64,000 nucleotides of DNA from Utricularia gibba (GCA_002189035.1 NEEC01000017.1:930001-994000); one strand, 5' to 3'. Numbered from the stretch's first letter, positions 13,520 to 26,910 are shown. Translations and numbers: made by a program. The notes: generated from the letters alone by a model not told the origin.

Positions 13520-14170
13520 AGCTTTAATTGAGACATTGAACGTTGACGAACTTTGGATGTTGTCGAGTTTCCTTGCTCTTCTCATTATCATTGGAAGAGT
13601 TATGAAACGATGCATTGTAAAAGAAAGACGCCATTGGAAGCAAAGAGATGCAAGTATTCTCAATCTCCACATATGATCATAAAGAAAATTTTTTGTGTTG
13701 AATCCCAATGTTTTCCATCAATCCCGAGACATAAATTGTTGAAATTTCACCGGAGGAGCACATTAATAATGACTTTATGTTTTCTCAAATCTCTATGTTT
13801 ACTAATTCGAATCCCAATGTTTTCATCAATCCCGGGATATAAGTTCCAATTTAGAAGAAATACTCAAAGATCTATCGTAACATACAACTAGAGTTCAATC
13901 TTAACATAAACATAAATTCACTTTGAAGTTAATTATGCTTATTCTTGATACACTTCAAGTTGTAGGTGATATGAGCTTTTTCATTGACAACATTCATAAT
14001 ATTCTCTCGTCCATTTGGTCAAAAAGTAGAAGTGGGTCAGTTGCCCTTAACAATTTCAGTGATCATGACTTTCAATAATATATATGTGTACTATTTGGAT
14101 CCCAAGAGCCATTTTTCTAATTCTCTTTGTTAGTATCTTACTTTGGTTGTCTTCCATTTATAGCACCTAA
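13520..14170 (-). mobile_element. PIF/Harbinger Myb/SANT ORF1 remnant
   Basis: Minus frame NEKAHITYNLKCIKNKHN*LQ parallels TQKAQTNYDMKCIKNQHNEL in the Harbinger ORF1 at 17.1 kb. Confidence 0.5.
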
Positions 14171-14514
14171 ACATGAGAAGCATACAGTGGAATTAAAAAG
14201 TGAAAAAATAACAAAATGAAGAATGATACATATTTATTTGCTATCATATTAAGATATGTAAAATAATGAAGTAAATATCCCCCAAGAATACTAACACAAT
14301 ACATGAGTAGACATGAATGCAGTGTATAGAACAAAAGTATCTTCAAATTAAATGGAATGTCATTGACACTCATATAATAACAAGATATGAATACTACAAC
14401 AACAATGCAAGAAAGTGAAAAAAATAATATCTTCAAATTAAATGACCCAAATAGCAAGATGAATATTCTAATTTAGGCTTCCTAATATCTAAATCACCCG
14501 TGCTCCCCTTCCCC

Positions 14515-14694
14515 AAATGCACTCTACTGCACTGTCTTCCCTAAGCCGCAAATGCACCCTGCTTCATCCACCGTCTTCCCAAGCCCCAAATGTACCTTGC
14601 TGCACCCACCGTCTTCCCCAAGCCCTAAATGCATCTTGCTGCACGCATCACCTTCCCCAAGCCCCAAATGCACCCTGGTGCATCGCCTTCCCCA
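14515..14694. repeat. Tandem minisatellite, about 5 units of 35-39 bp
   Basis: Units start AAATG at 14515, 14550, 14588, 14627 and 14666; consensus AAATGCACCCTGCTGCACCCACCGTCTTCCCCAAGCCCC. Confidence 0.9.
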
Positions 14695-14799
14695 AAATAA
14701 AATAATATTCTTTAATTCCCCACTACCCTATTCCTCATTTGCACAAAATAATTGCGCTCTGCTGAAGCAGCAAATGCTCAAATATGGCTTGTGAATCTG

Positions 14800-16267
14800 C
14801 AGTAGGCGAGGGTGTTGCTGTCGGGTAAATCACGTTTCAAGCCGCTTGTGCCACTGCTTCAGTTCTAGGTCCTTTTTGACTTGTTTACATCCGAGCTTTG
14901 GTCAGGGATTTAGGTGAAAACACATACCTTCAATAGGAACACCAACGTGAAGAGGAGAAGGAGAGCTTCATCCCCAAGAAAACCACCAAAGCCCAATTCA
15001 GCGCTAGTGTTCCTTGAAATGAACAATAGTAGACGAGACCAGAACAATCTTTTACTTTATTTTCATTCACTGAAATTTCAGTTTCTGTGATAGACTTCCT
15101 CACAATGTTTCTATTACTTCGGTTACGTTATCTTAATGTTATCATATTTTACCTTTCATACATGAGTAGCTAAGCTTTAGGGGATACCTTAAGGAGTAGA
15201 ATAGTGATGTGGAGGCTAGGGTTTGTAATACGATTTGTTATTGTTTCATAGCATTTATTTCTATCATTCCATGGGTACACCTAATGGGGGAAACAAATAG
15301 CTTTGCAACTCAGATGCTTAATTTAGAGGTAAAACAACAAATCAATGTGGGGACAGTAGATATTAGTTCAAGATAAAACCAGTAGAACTGGATAAACCTA
15401 GTTCTATATACTTTGCTTGTGGGTAAACCTAATTGCAAAGTTGGTAATAATATTGGTGGACTATCTTAACCAAAAATATTATGAATAACTTGGGTAAACC
15501 TAAGTTATTTGGAATTGTGAGTATACAAACTTTGTAGATTAAATTAGATACCTTAGTACCATATCACCTACATAACCTTAAGACATCTTAGTCTTACTTT
15601 GTACTAGAAGCAGCATATGTTCTTTTCAGCGTTGAAACTTAATCTTATTTATTGAATTTGGCTACCACTATTAGTTTGAGCTTAGACAAAGAACCACTGT
15701 TATTCTGAAATCTGCATCTGCTGAAACACTTAGCAAGCATAAGCTTTTTGTGATCGACCCCAAATTCCACTTTATATTTTATGTTTAATTTGTATTTTGT
15801 GATGATTAGAGATTATAAATTCATTTGATAAGGAATTTTATTTTTATTGAATTTGGCTATCACTATTAGTTTGAGCTTAGACAAAGAACCACTGTTATTC
15901 TGAAATCTATATATGATGAAACACTTAGCAAGCACAAGCTTCTTGTGATCAACCCCAAATTCCACTTCACATTTTTTGTTTAATTTGTATCTTGTGAGGA
16001 TTAGGGATTATAAATTCATTTGATACGGAATTCTATTTTTATTGAATTTAGCTACCACTGTTAGTTTGAGCTTAGACAAAAAACCACTGTTATTCTGAAA
16101 TCTACATCTGCTGAAACACTTAGCAAGCACAAGCTTCTTGTGATCGACCTTGAATTCTACTTTACATTTTATGTTTAATTTGTATCTTGTAAGGATTAGG
16201 GATTATAAATTCATTTGATACGGAATTCTATTTTTATTGCAATGATAATAGGAATTTTCGTTTATCA
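14800..16267 (+). mobile_element. Athila-like LTR (family A), 5'-truncated
   Basis: Shares CATGAGTAGCTAA, AAACACTTAGCAAGCACAAG and the terminus AATTTTCGTTTATCA with the LTRs at 36837-38203 and 58909-60049. Confidence 0.75.
15651..16238. repeat. Triple tandem repeat of a 195-bp LTR segment
   Basis: ATTGAATTT(G/A)GCTA at 15651, 15846 and 16041, an exact 195-bp period. Confidence 0.95.
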
Positions 16268-16939
16268 TTACTTATCAAAATAAGTTAGTTAATTATTGAA
16301 GAATTTCCATTTCTGCCCCTCTTTTGCCAACGAATTTACTCTCAAAATGAACATTTAATGCAGACTTTCTTTCTTCCAAACCCTACTCATTGTGTTTGTC
16401 TCTCACAGCACGAAATCATCTCGATTTGCATCTCCTCTTCTACTTCTAGTGGAATACAAATCTATGGTAATTTTCTTGAATGTTTTACCCTCTCATAATT
16501 TTTACATATTTGTATCAAGCCATGCCGATTTCTGTTAATACTTCTGGTAGGATACAAATCTCTAGTAACTTTCTTGAATGTTTTACCATTTCATAATTTT
16601 TACATATTTGTATCAAGTTTTGTTGATTGCTGTTGATGGATTTGCATGAATTGCTGTTAGGATGGAATAAGTTGTTATTTCTATTATTTATTGTTATTTT
16701 TGTTAGAGTAATTGTACTATTAAGATTTCCAAATATTAATTACCAATTTTTCGTTTGTTGGCTTGGTTGGAGATATCTTCTTTGAAGCATTTAATGCCCC
16801 TCTTCTTCCAAAGTGTGGGTTTGCTTGGAGTTCAACTCCCATGGAAATATTTTTTTTATCATAGTATTATTTTGTATGTGCTTTAGTATAATTATCTATT
16901 TATATTGGGTTTTTTTCCTTTTTAGACAGCCATTACACA

Positions 16940-19400
16940 ATGGAATTTGGAAAAAGTAAAGCACCAGTTAAGAGAAAGCTTTTTGGAGCAAAGTAGAATG
17001 CAAATAAAACATTCATACTATTGGATGCTATGTTGAATGAGATTACGAAGGGGAATCAACCAACAACAAAATTCCGTCCAATTTGTTGGGAGAACATCAA
17101 GAACGTAGTGACCCAAAAAGCCCAAACCAACTATGACATGAAGTGTATCAAGAATCAACATAATGAGCTTTGAAGCGAATGGACTCTTTGAAAGAAATTA
17201 GTTTATAGGTCTGGAATTGGTTTTCATCCTAATGGAGCGATAAACATGGATTCACATTGGTGGGATGATCGGTTACATGTAAGCTATATGAACTATTTTT
17301 CTATGTGTTAGCTATAACTTTTAAATTTAGTTCATTTGGTTATGTGTATTATCATTGAGCTACTATTTTTTTAGGAGAATAGCAACTTCAAGAAGTTTGA
17401 GGACAAGATGCCGTTATATCCTGATATGTTAGCGCAAATTTTTGATCCAGTGATACAATATGGTGAGAAAAGATATGGGCCAATTGCTGATATTTTTGTT
17501 TTACATAAAGATTATAATAGAGTGGAGGACCCATTGCTGTTTCCTAGATATACATTAGATACAAATGACTTCTCACAACCTTTGGAAATTATAGATACTC
17601 CACCTGCTATAAGTGCTGTCTTATATTCAGAAGAAACCACAACATATCAGAGCAATAACCGAGTTGGGATCCCTAAACGTAAAGGGGACCGTAAGGGAAG
17701 TAATAGTGAAAGAATTGTGTATTCCTTTGAGATTATGACTGTTGCTTCAGCGAAAGTAGGTATAGAGACTGCTGAGGTGCTTTAATTTTCTATTGCAAAA
17801 TGTGTTCAAATGCTAGATGCCATAGATACCCTTCTCAAAGGAGGTACTACATATCTAGAGGCTTTAAAACTCTTCAAGCATCGACATATCCATGATATTT
17901 TTATGTCTTTGATAGATTCTACAATTCGGAAAGACTTCATTGAAGGTGAAATTTTGGAAGTGAGACAGGGTTCTAGCATAGGGAACACCAGGGTATCTAC
18001 TACTAGATCAGATGCTACATCTCCAAGAAAAAAAATTGATGTAAGTACGATGTTTTTATTTTCTATGGGGTTAGATTTTATGTTGATGTTTTCAAGTTCC
18101 GTTTGTGTAATGGTAGACACCTAGAAAACACAATACTGTTTGATGTTTGGCTACATTATGATTGTACTTTTTTATTCTCCTAGAAAACACAATATTGTTT
18201 TCATGTGATTCTTACCTTGGGATTCGTAGGATTGTGCCTTGAGATTCAAGAAAACACAAAAGCACTTCTATTTATCTTGTTGTACCCCCAACACACACAC
18301 ACTCACACTACAACAGAATGGCTTCTACCTCCAACAATGAACCATTTGATGATTTCTCTGATGATGAACACAGCATGGCAAGGAAAATAACATTTTAGGA
18401 CTTAAACATAGACTAGAGGAAAATATTAGAGTTTTCTGCTCAATTGTTGCATATTGAGCCTGTTTTCACAATAAACACATTTTAACAAACTAAATACACG
18501 AAAGGAGACAATTTAGCACACTAAATAACATTTATCCCTACAAACCATACCTAAAAACACATATAAAAATATAATAAAAATAGTGTTATCAAGTGGCCAT
18601 TTTCTTATGAAGGGTAGGTAAAAGAGAAGGATATTCAAGCCTACAAGAACTCTTCAGTTAGGGAAGAGATACCATACAAACAACATTTCATAATGTGCTT
18701 AAAGCATGTGACAAAATGGAAAAGGATTGGATCACCCCGAAGCATGGCAATACACAAGTGCATCCCTTTTTCAACAACAACGCTAGATATGCATGCTTTA
18801 AGAATTGCATCGGTGCTATAAATGGTACTTATATTAAAGCATGTGTTCCTGAGACTGAGAAAGCATGTTTTATTGGATGTAAAGGATATCCTACTCAAAA
18901 CATACTTGTTGTTTGTGATTTTGATATGAGATTTAGATATGTTATGGTTGGTTATGAAGGCATTAGTCATGATAGTAGGATTCTTAGAGATTATTTAAGT
19001 GAGCCAAGCCTACACTTCCCAAATATACTTGCAGGTTGGTCTATGAACTTGATTCCTTTATTTTCAAATTTATTTTATTGTCATTTAGTAAGGTTGATTT
19101 TTTAGGCAAGTATTATGTGGTGGATCCTGGATTTGCGAATACAACAGGCTTTATAGCACCATTTTGATGTGAGAAATATCATCTTCCAGATTTTCATCGT
19201 CAAACTCAAGGAGGATACAAAAACATACGTGAATGCTTCAATCATAGACATTCAAGCCTGAGATGCATTATCGAAAGATGCTTCGGTGTATGGAAGAAAC
19301 GATTTCATATGGTCAATGATGTACCAACGAACATGAAATACAAGCATTAAGTGAGATTAGTTGTAGCCACAATGGCTATACACAATTGGCTACGTCACTA
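16940..19400 (+). mobile_element. PIF/Harbinger element: Myb/SANT ORF1 (16940-18124, with intron) followed by DDE transposase (18318-19400), disrupted
   Basis: ORF1 LLDAMLNEI...CIKNQHNEL...SGIGF...WWDDRLH; transposase VAIFL, FKNCIGAINGTYI, KGYPTQNILVVCDFDMRFRYVMVGYEGISHDSRIL, YYVVDPGF, LRCIIERCFGVWKKRF. Confidence 0.9.
18400..18591 (-). mobile_element. Athila-like LTR start fragment inside the Harbinger transposase
   Basis: AATTTAGCACACTAAATAACATTTATC...GTTATCA is nearly identical to the end of the solo LTR at 33925-34005. Confidence 0.7.
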
Positions 19401-19485
19401 AAGAAGAAAATGAAGATGATACCACAGATCAACATATGGACTTATTACGAGACTCCATTGTGTTGAGTTTCTCATAGACACCACA

Positions 19486-20953
19486 TGTCAGAAAAGTAGC
19501 AAATTTAAAAATTTTCAAGAAACCTACAACGCAGATCTTCAAATACGAGATATGTCAAATAGAAGGGATGCTGAAAATACCTTTTAGAGGACTCCGTTGT
19601 TCACCAACCGCCAATAGTAGATGGCTCTATGGTATTCAAACATGAAGCACCCTGTCAATAACCTTCTCAAGGCTGTAGAATGCTTGTCAATCTCCTCAGG
19701 TGCTAGTAGAGAAAATCGCCCTCTTGCAGATCAATCTTAGAGAGCACGAAGATGTTGGAAGATCTGTGTAGATCTGTAGATCTATATTTTTTTGATAGAT
19801 ATTTGGTAACATATCAAATCAAATCTCCGTAAAGATCTTATCTTATGGAGATATGTATATGTTCCAAATCTAATCTATATAAGATCTTTTATTTTGAGTT
19901 TAATCAATATTAATGTCAAAATAACTCTCTATTTAATTTATCCACTTTAGCAATTACATGTCATGTAATTGTGCCATTCTATTTTATATCAATGAGTGAC
20001 TCCACTATTGTGTGTAACCCTATAGGCTTCTTCAATCAAGGTCGTAATAATAGATTTGATTAATTAAGAGGGATTTATTAATTAACTCTTAATTAATAAA
20101 ATTCATCATTATCGATCATGAGTGATGTCTAGAAACATATCATGATCTCAAGATTAAAGGATAATCAAGTGAACTGATTAAGCCTTTCCATGACTAACTA
20201 CCATGCAATGAATAGCTTACATCATACTTATTTCTCATTCGATACCAGAACATGGGTGTATGTCTTTCTGATGTATCGAACTTATAATTGCATTCAAGCA
20301 CTAACACTCAATAACTTACTCAAACAATTCGAGTGTCATTACCCTAGGTCCAAGACTTACTATTAGGCTTTGATGCAATTACATGAGATAAGATTTTATA
20401 ACTAATATGAGTGATGAATCCTTTATTGATTAATCAATTATCTCCAACCTTAAGGAATCACATTCCTTCTCATCCATACTAGGCAAGCTATGGTTAGGCT
20501 CCCATTAGTAATGAGTGAAAATGTGAGCTTAAGATCAAGATAACTTTGTTGACTTCAAGTCTAAGCTTATTTGCACGACTGTCATATTCGAGATTTTGCT
20601 ATTGATACTTGATTAGCTTCCCATAGTAGCATCTTGAAGACGAGTCATCCAATAAATCGATTCTCTAATTGACACCCATACATAGGTTCTAGTAATCTCA
20701 TTACATCAATTGTGTGTCAGCTTATCCGTATTTGTGATATCCTCATTTCACAAATACTCTAACCAAGGAATTTTTTTTAACTTAGGTATAAGTGCTTGAA
20801 GAATCTCACATTATGATCTCATTATAATTTCTATAGCACATATATCAAGTAGAGGATTTTATCAATGATGTAAACTTGATCACAATTCAAAGTAAACATC
20901 AAAAGATAAGATTTACCAATGAGTTGATTGTCTCTAGAACACATACACCAACA
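19486..20953 (-). mobile_element. Copia (Angela-like) 5' LTR with degenerate PBS
   Basis: Minus strand starts TGTTGGTGTATGTGTTCTAGAGAC and ends CTGACA; adjacent TCATAGACACCA resembles the reverse complement of the tRNA-Met PBS (GCTCTGATACCA). Confidence 0.6.
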
Positions 20954-21344
20954 TATTATTGATGAATTGTGGTCTATTTATGAAGGAAGAGCATGAATTT
21001 TTAGTGGTTTTATGTAATGCTTAAGGATATAATAGTAATTTATATTTTACTTCTACTTATTTACAGTCTACTTTTAATTATTAGCAATTACTTATAAATA
21101 ACTTTTACTTAAATTATTAGCAATGCAAACCACTGCTATTTATTTGGACTCTACTTATCTAATAACTTATACTTATGAATTAAATAGAAGTTACAAAATA
21201 AGTAGTACAAACTGCATCCTAAGTTACATTTTGTCAACTTGTATAATAAGTAGATGAAGTTGTTAAAATTGAAATAAGTATAGAATAAGTAACATTGATT
21301 GTAGAATAATAGTTCATTCTACTTCTCTTTTTTCTTTGAAATCT

Positions 21345-22671
21345 TATTGCATGTTGCTTCCTCAATAAATTTTAAATATGTAAAACGTAGAACACAAAAG
21401 ACTGTAGTATGAGTATCGATGTCAGTGAGTGAATTTTGCGAAAAGTGTTTTGTATAAAACTTTCACAAATTGTCACGGATTTGTAAAAATGGGTTTTTGA
21501 AGTATAAGAATAAAATATACAACCTAAGTAATGGACCTTGACTACAGGTTGCAGTTCCTGGGAATGAGATTTCGCTTCCTTCTTTTGTCTATCCTCGCCT
21601 GAGTTTTCACTGGTTCCTTTAAAATAGCTGGTTATAGAAGCAAGGAATAGTCTACTCTCCATTACACTCTGATTGACAAGGAGGCACGGGAATAGCCTTA
21701 TGTGATTCTCCCTTGGACAATTAAGAAGACAAGAGGATTGACATCGATTGCCTTCAAAACTGAATTGTGCGCGTGTGCCCAGCTGTTGTCAATGACCAGT
21801 GGTGAGTACGAGGTCACTACTCGTCCACTGTTGTGGTACCTCGACAACAAACAATTTACTACTTCCCTCAAACCGGTAGGATTAGAGTGAGTGCTCTTCA
21901 CCTTGATCTTCATCAAGACCTGCGAGGAGTGGCCTACTACTCATGGACTATGACTAGGAGTCGTTAGAGAAAGACTGCAACAAGACGCGTGGAAGTATGC
22001 AAAATTTGTAGTGAATTCAGCGAAGAACCAAGTTTAATGTTCAAGACTGGGAATGAAGCTTCATCTACACCCAAAAACGAAAGGAGTTTAGCCACAAAGG
22101 GCTATAAAAATAGAAACGAAAATGAAAGCTAAGTATTCTTCCTCTCTTGGGGGAGAGGAAGAACTCAAAAGTTATAAGTACAAAGATAAAGTTTGAAAAG
22201 GTTAAAAAGTCAAAAGTCGGAAAATAAGTATTTCAAGTTGATTTTATATCACTCCTCACGTGCATTAACTCCTTCTGATCCTCTTTCCATCATTCCTTAT
22301 GTCTTGCATGCGTCACCAACTTTTCCTTGTGTGCAAATTAGCGCTCAGTCGTTTCTTCATACTCTGACATGCCGTAAGTCAGGGACCTTGACTAGTATCA
22401 GTCTTCTATCCACAATTGTTTCAAGTTGTGTGCAAGGCACAAAATGTAAGTGTCTGACCTCTTGCAATACTCCTTCAACACTCTACGACTACCTTCTAAT
22501 ATATCTCAGTCAAATTGCACGAGAAAGATAAATAAAATATATACAAAATAGAAAAATAAGAATTTTATAAGAAAATAGAATATTTATCAATATGAATCCT
22601 AAATTGGACAACTTAATACTAGATTAACACATAATAATACCTAATAAACAGCTAAAAAATGACATTTAACA
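21345..22671 (-). mobile_element. Solo LTR (Athila-like family B)
   Basis: Colinear over about 1.3 kb with the 5' LTR at 44918-46229; flanks AATCT / AATTT (4 of 5 TSD match). Confidence 0.85.
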
Positions 22672-23217
22672 AATTTCATTCTACTATTGCTTTTTTCTTT
22701 GAGAAATGAGAAGTAACATTTGAGATACTTCTCATTTTACTTCTTTTTAATTAATTCTCATTCTAGAAAAAAGTAGAATTTATTATAAAAAGTAATACAA
22801 AACAAACCTTAAGTAAAAGTAGAAGTAAAAGTAAAATTTAAGTTTTAAAATAAGTAGATGTGATTTGTAAAACACTTATTTTTATTTTTACTTTAAGTCA
22901 TTAGTTACAAAATAAGTTATATAAACTATTGACTAAATAATATAAATATCGATGACTTTTTGAATAATATTATTTTTCATTTATTAAATTAATAAATATA
23001 TATAAAGAATAAAGTGTCATTTATAATATTAAAATATTTATGTTAATAAAATGATATTTAGATTTTTTAAAAATAATATCAAATAATTTTAGTTTTATTT
23101 AGAGTATTTATAATAAAATGAAATAAAATCCTCTATTTTTACTTTTACATCAAGCTAACTTTCAATTAATACTTGTAAATTAATTATAAGTATTGCACAA
23201 CAATTTTCAAGTTGTAT

Positions 23218-24700
23218 GAGCATCTCCATCATTGGGCGCCCAAATTCGACAAGGCATCTACATCAACTTTGTCCATGATCTACATTCTTTCGTATACCAA
23301 TACTACAATTTCAAAAGTTTAGACAAAATATTTCCTTGTCCTTTCTCTTTCTTTGGACATAAATCCATTTTGTGTTTTCGAAACCTAATTTTTTTAACTT
23401 TATTTCCCTTTAGTAGCTCTGTCCAGACTCTTTGGATGCAATGATAGTGTTTCGAAATTTTATAGAAGCTCAACCGAAAGTATTTTGAAGAAATGAGTAT
23501 AGTTAATTTCTTCATTAACGCAGATTTTGCAATTGAAAACTATGTGTTTGTTTTTTTAGAATCTTAAATCTGGTAGAATATTTCTTATTTATGTAAACTG
23601 TGTTGTAAAGGGATTCTAGTGCTATTTGTATATTTTTTTTGAAGTCATCATACTATTTCAAATTAATAGATTGTGTTTTGTTTAGCAATTGATCAATAAT
23701 ATGATGTTTATTTGTTAATAGAGTTATTTAAATAAATGAAAATGATGTAAAATACTCAAATTATCTCATGTATTTTCTTGTCTCCATTCCAAAGATAATT
23801 TGCTAAACACCCGAAACAAAATGTATGTTTCCTTTAGTTTCTTCTTTTTAGCATCAATTTCATACCAAATCTCCTTTAGTTTTCTGGTCGTTGGATATGG
23901 CACAAAAGTGCACTGTGGTGGCTTATGGGTATGATGTTAATGCTTGTAATAAATATCTTCAAATTGGTAAATTTACTATCCTCGAATGTTTAAAATATTT
24001 TGTATTTTGTAATTCGTATTATATTTGAGACATAATACATGAGATATCTTAATTCGAGTGATATTCAAAAATTGATTTCATGGAAAGAGTAAAGAGGATT
24101 CACGACAATAACTTCAAAATATATTTAGAGATGTTATTCTTTCTCTTTAACTTTTGGTTCTATGAATAATAAATGTTTCTCCCATTCATCTTTATTCAAT
24201 GATTTGCATCTAGATGTTGGCTCTTAAGTTAAATGAGAAGAAATATGACATGAATATTACTTAACTTATGATATTTATTCCAAATGGTTTGTTTTCATGA
24301 AAATTATCATTCTTCCATGAAATCTGAAAAATATGATTATTTTTTATTAATCAAGAGAGTATTAGAAGTGAGATTTGGAAAGAGTATTTAGAAAGAGTAT
24401 TTATAGTACTTCAAGTAAGATTTGGTGTCATTTACTTACCCACTTGAGTATGGGATCATTAGATGCTCCTACATATTATGTGGATTGCGATAATTTTATA
24501 TAATATGATAGTGAAAGACAATGGTGATGAGGGATATTCAAATCCTAGAGATTATGATCAAGTAATTGTTGGATATTTTGAGACAAAATGTTTACTCTTT
24601 TGAAGACTATTTTGACAGAATTATAAAATAAAAAAAACATTGCATAGATAACTCAAAACATTCTCAATGGATCACATTTGAGCTAAGTTTGGTTAAATTT
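23218..24700 (+). mobile_element. Degenerate PIF/Harbinger element
   Basis: Starts GAGCATCTCCA (PIF/Tourist-type TIR); transposase remnants LERVFIVLQVRFGVI and AIILYNMIVKDN. Confidence 0.6.
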
Positions 24701-24968
24701 TAATTATAATAAATATGATATGAAAAATACAAAAGATGATATGAAAAAAAAAAGATTGATTTAAATATATACTAATTCAAAGGATCATTTAAAAAAGTGG
24801 TTACGGAGTTCATGTGCTTGTCTCTTTGATAAGTTTTACATTGTCCACTTTTGTAATAGATATTGGAATGCTCTAATGGATCGTCTTCACTCTCGAGGAA
24901 ACTTGGGTTTGACTTCAATTTTTCTGCGTCTTTTCTATCAAAGCCACCAATCTGATATGCGTGTGTAA

Positions 24969-25991
24969 ATGACGGCTCAACTTGCTTTCCTGGGTTGTTT
25001 GTGGAGTTCATGTGCCTTGTCTCTTTGCTTTAGCGGATGTTTTGCCTCGCCGTGGACCGGCGTCCACCCCTTAGGTCAATTTCCTCGCAATTGAATCTTT
25101 GGAATCCTATAACCCTCAAACTGATTTGGGATTATGATGGCGCAGATGAGAAGTACTACGATTCGGAGCAGATTAAGTGTAAAGATGGGTCTAAATTTTT
25201 TTCGAGAGATCAGCTGAATGATGATTTCTGCGACTGCGACGACGGCACTGACGAGCCCGGTAATCTATAGTGTTTTTAGTTTATTTGTGTCTTCTTTGAG
25301 GAATTGTACGTTTTGCTCAAGATTGAGACATTTTTTGAGAAATGCATATTAGTGAGGGTGGATGGACTTCCAAAAATGTTTTTTTTGCAGGAACTGCAGC
25401 CTGCCCTAGTGGCAATTTCTACTGCAGAAACATGGGAAGTACACCAACATTCTTGTTTTCCTCCCGAGTAAATGATCGCATCTGCGGTGAGTATGCATTG
25501 CATGTTCATGGTTCAATGTGTATGGGCCCTTGTCAACAGGCTTTCTGGTTCTGGATATGCCATTCATCCATTAAATATCTTGACTTGTCTAAAATGTTTC
25601 TGGCGATCTCTTGTTCGTTGCTAGATTGCTGTGATGGAAGTGATGAATATGATGGAGCGGTTACTTGCCCAAATGTTTGTGTCATGGGTGGGAATATTGC
25701 CTATCAGTCAATACGCCACGAATCTTTCTCGAGCAACATAAAGTCTTCCGATTCAAGAAAAAGTGAAGTTGAGGACTCGTCTAAAGTGCCACCAAGAGGT
25801 AGTTGAAAGTTCAGGCCTTAAAGTGTATATTTTCGTTAACAATTTGGAATAACTGTTAAAATGCATTTGCAGGTTTGGTAGCTCTGATATTTCTCCAGGC
25901 ATCCCTTGTTGTTCTTGTTTTAGCTTATCGAATACTTTGCTGGCGCAAGCGTAAGAAGAAGATATCAAAGAAGGCAACATGTTGCATTTAG
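24969..25991 (+). CDS. Glucosidase II beta subunit-like (PRKCSH-like N-terminal domain), short TM-anchored form, 202 aa, 5 exons
   Basis: Exons 24969-25074, 25146-25259, 25391-25486, 25625-25798 and 25873-25991; all introns GT-AG; 609 nt in frame. Signal peptide, then [63 protein letters not shown], then [21 protein letters not shown] and a basic tail. Confidence 0.9.
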
Positions 25992-25999
25992 GAACTTCC

Positions 26000-26850
26000 T
26001 TGGTATACTTGTGAAATTTTCATCGCACTTTTGCTCTGAAGCTACCTGTTGACCTTCTTAAATGAGAAGTGAATTAGAGGGATGTGTTTGATCTCTTGGA
26101 ATAATCAAGGGAGAGATTGTTTTAACATGTGATCAGCTTCCTATTCCACAGAAACTGATTCTACGGAGAGGAGAAGCAACCAGATGGGCATACATTATTG
26201 ACATTTCATAGAGAAAAAAGCCAAAGGGGGTGCCCACCTCACATGCCCAATACAATCCACTGTCCTCATGATGAAACCACCAAGCTTCTGTCTCATCACA
26301 TTGTATGTGACAGAATCAACTTGGCAGATGATCAGAGATGTATGTCCGTATTTCGTTGTCTTCCACAGGAACCTGTTGACAAAATTGGTGGGATCAAGAC
26401 TTCAACTTATTTACCACGAATGCGTGTGCCCGTGTTGTTAAAGGTAACTTTATCACTCAAAGTTACCTGTAAAATGGGATGCTTGGACCTGCTTGGTCCA
26501 ATGGCCAGGAGGCCATGTGGAAGATGGGGTTGATCATCGGGAATGTTGTCTGAATATTCAGACTTGGATAGATATGATACAATTTGCATTGAGGTTGGAG
26601 GCCACAAGGTCACGTGGTGTTGATTTCTTTTTTGAGCAAATCAAGTGTTGATGGGATTCAAGCCCAACGTCCCCACCAGCTGCTCATTGCTGTCCCAATA
26701 TCTTCTCCCATTTTGAACTACAGTGTTCACGGTCATATACACCCAAAAGGACGTTGCTTTCCTTCTATATCTTTTCCAAGATTATAACGTTGGAGTTGAA
26801 GAGTTTGCGTGATGATTCATGATCATATGTGACTGCTCTATCTTCCTTAG
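26000..26850 (-). mobile_element. Probable LINE 3' remnant (RNase H-like)
   Basis: Stop-riddled minus frames with TWPPGHWTK, VE*EAD and FSFKKVNR*, resembling WxPPxxGWxK, VESDS and FxHVxRE motifs. Confidence 0.35.
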
Positions 26851-26910
26851 AGCTTGCATTTGAATATTTGGATTCTTTTCATCTTTGTGGGGTGTCCGTA
26901 TAGTATTTTA

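Noticed and set aside
13702-13845. Short direct duplication AATCCCAATGTTTT(C)CATCAATCCCG
   Set aside because: Real but minor internal duplication in a dead TE; no further structure.
14515-16238. CRISPR-like interpretation of the periodic repeats
   Set aside because: Tandem units without unique spacers, in eukaryotic TE context.
18592-18597. AGTGGC following LTR ends at both 18591 and 34005, suggesting a shared PBS
   Set aside because: At 34006 it is the TSD AGTGG; at 18592 it is Harbinger transposase (QVAIFL). Coincidence.
26407-26613. LPHGLLAIG resembling the LAZY/DRO IGT motif
   Set aside because: Reads IGP rather than IGT, has no other family motifs, and neighbouring frames fit a LINE remnant better.
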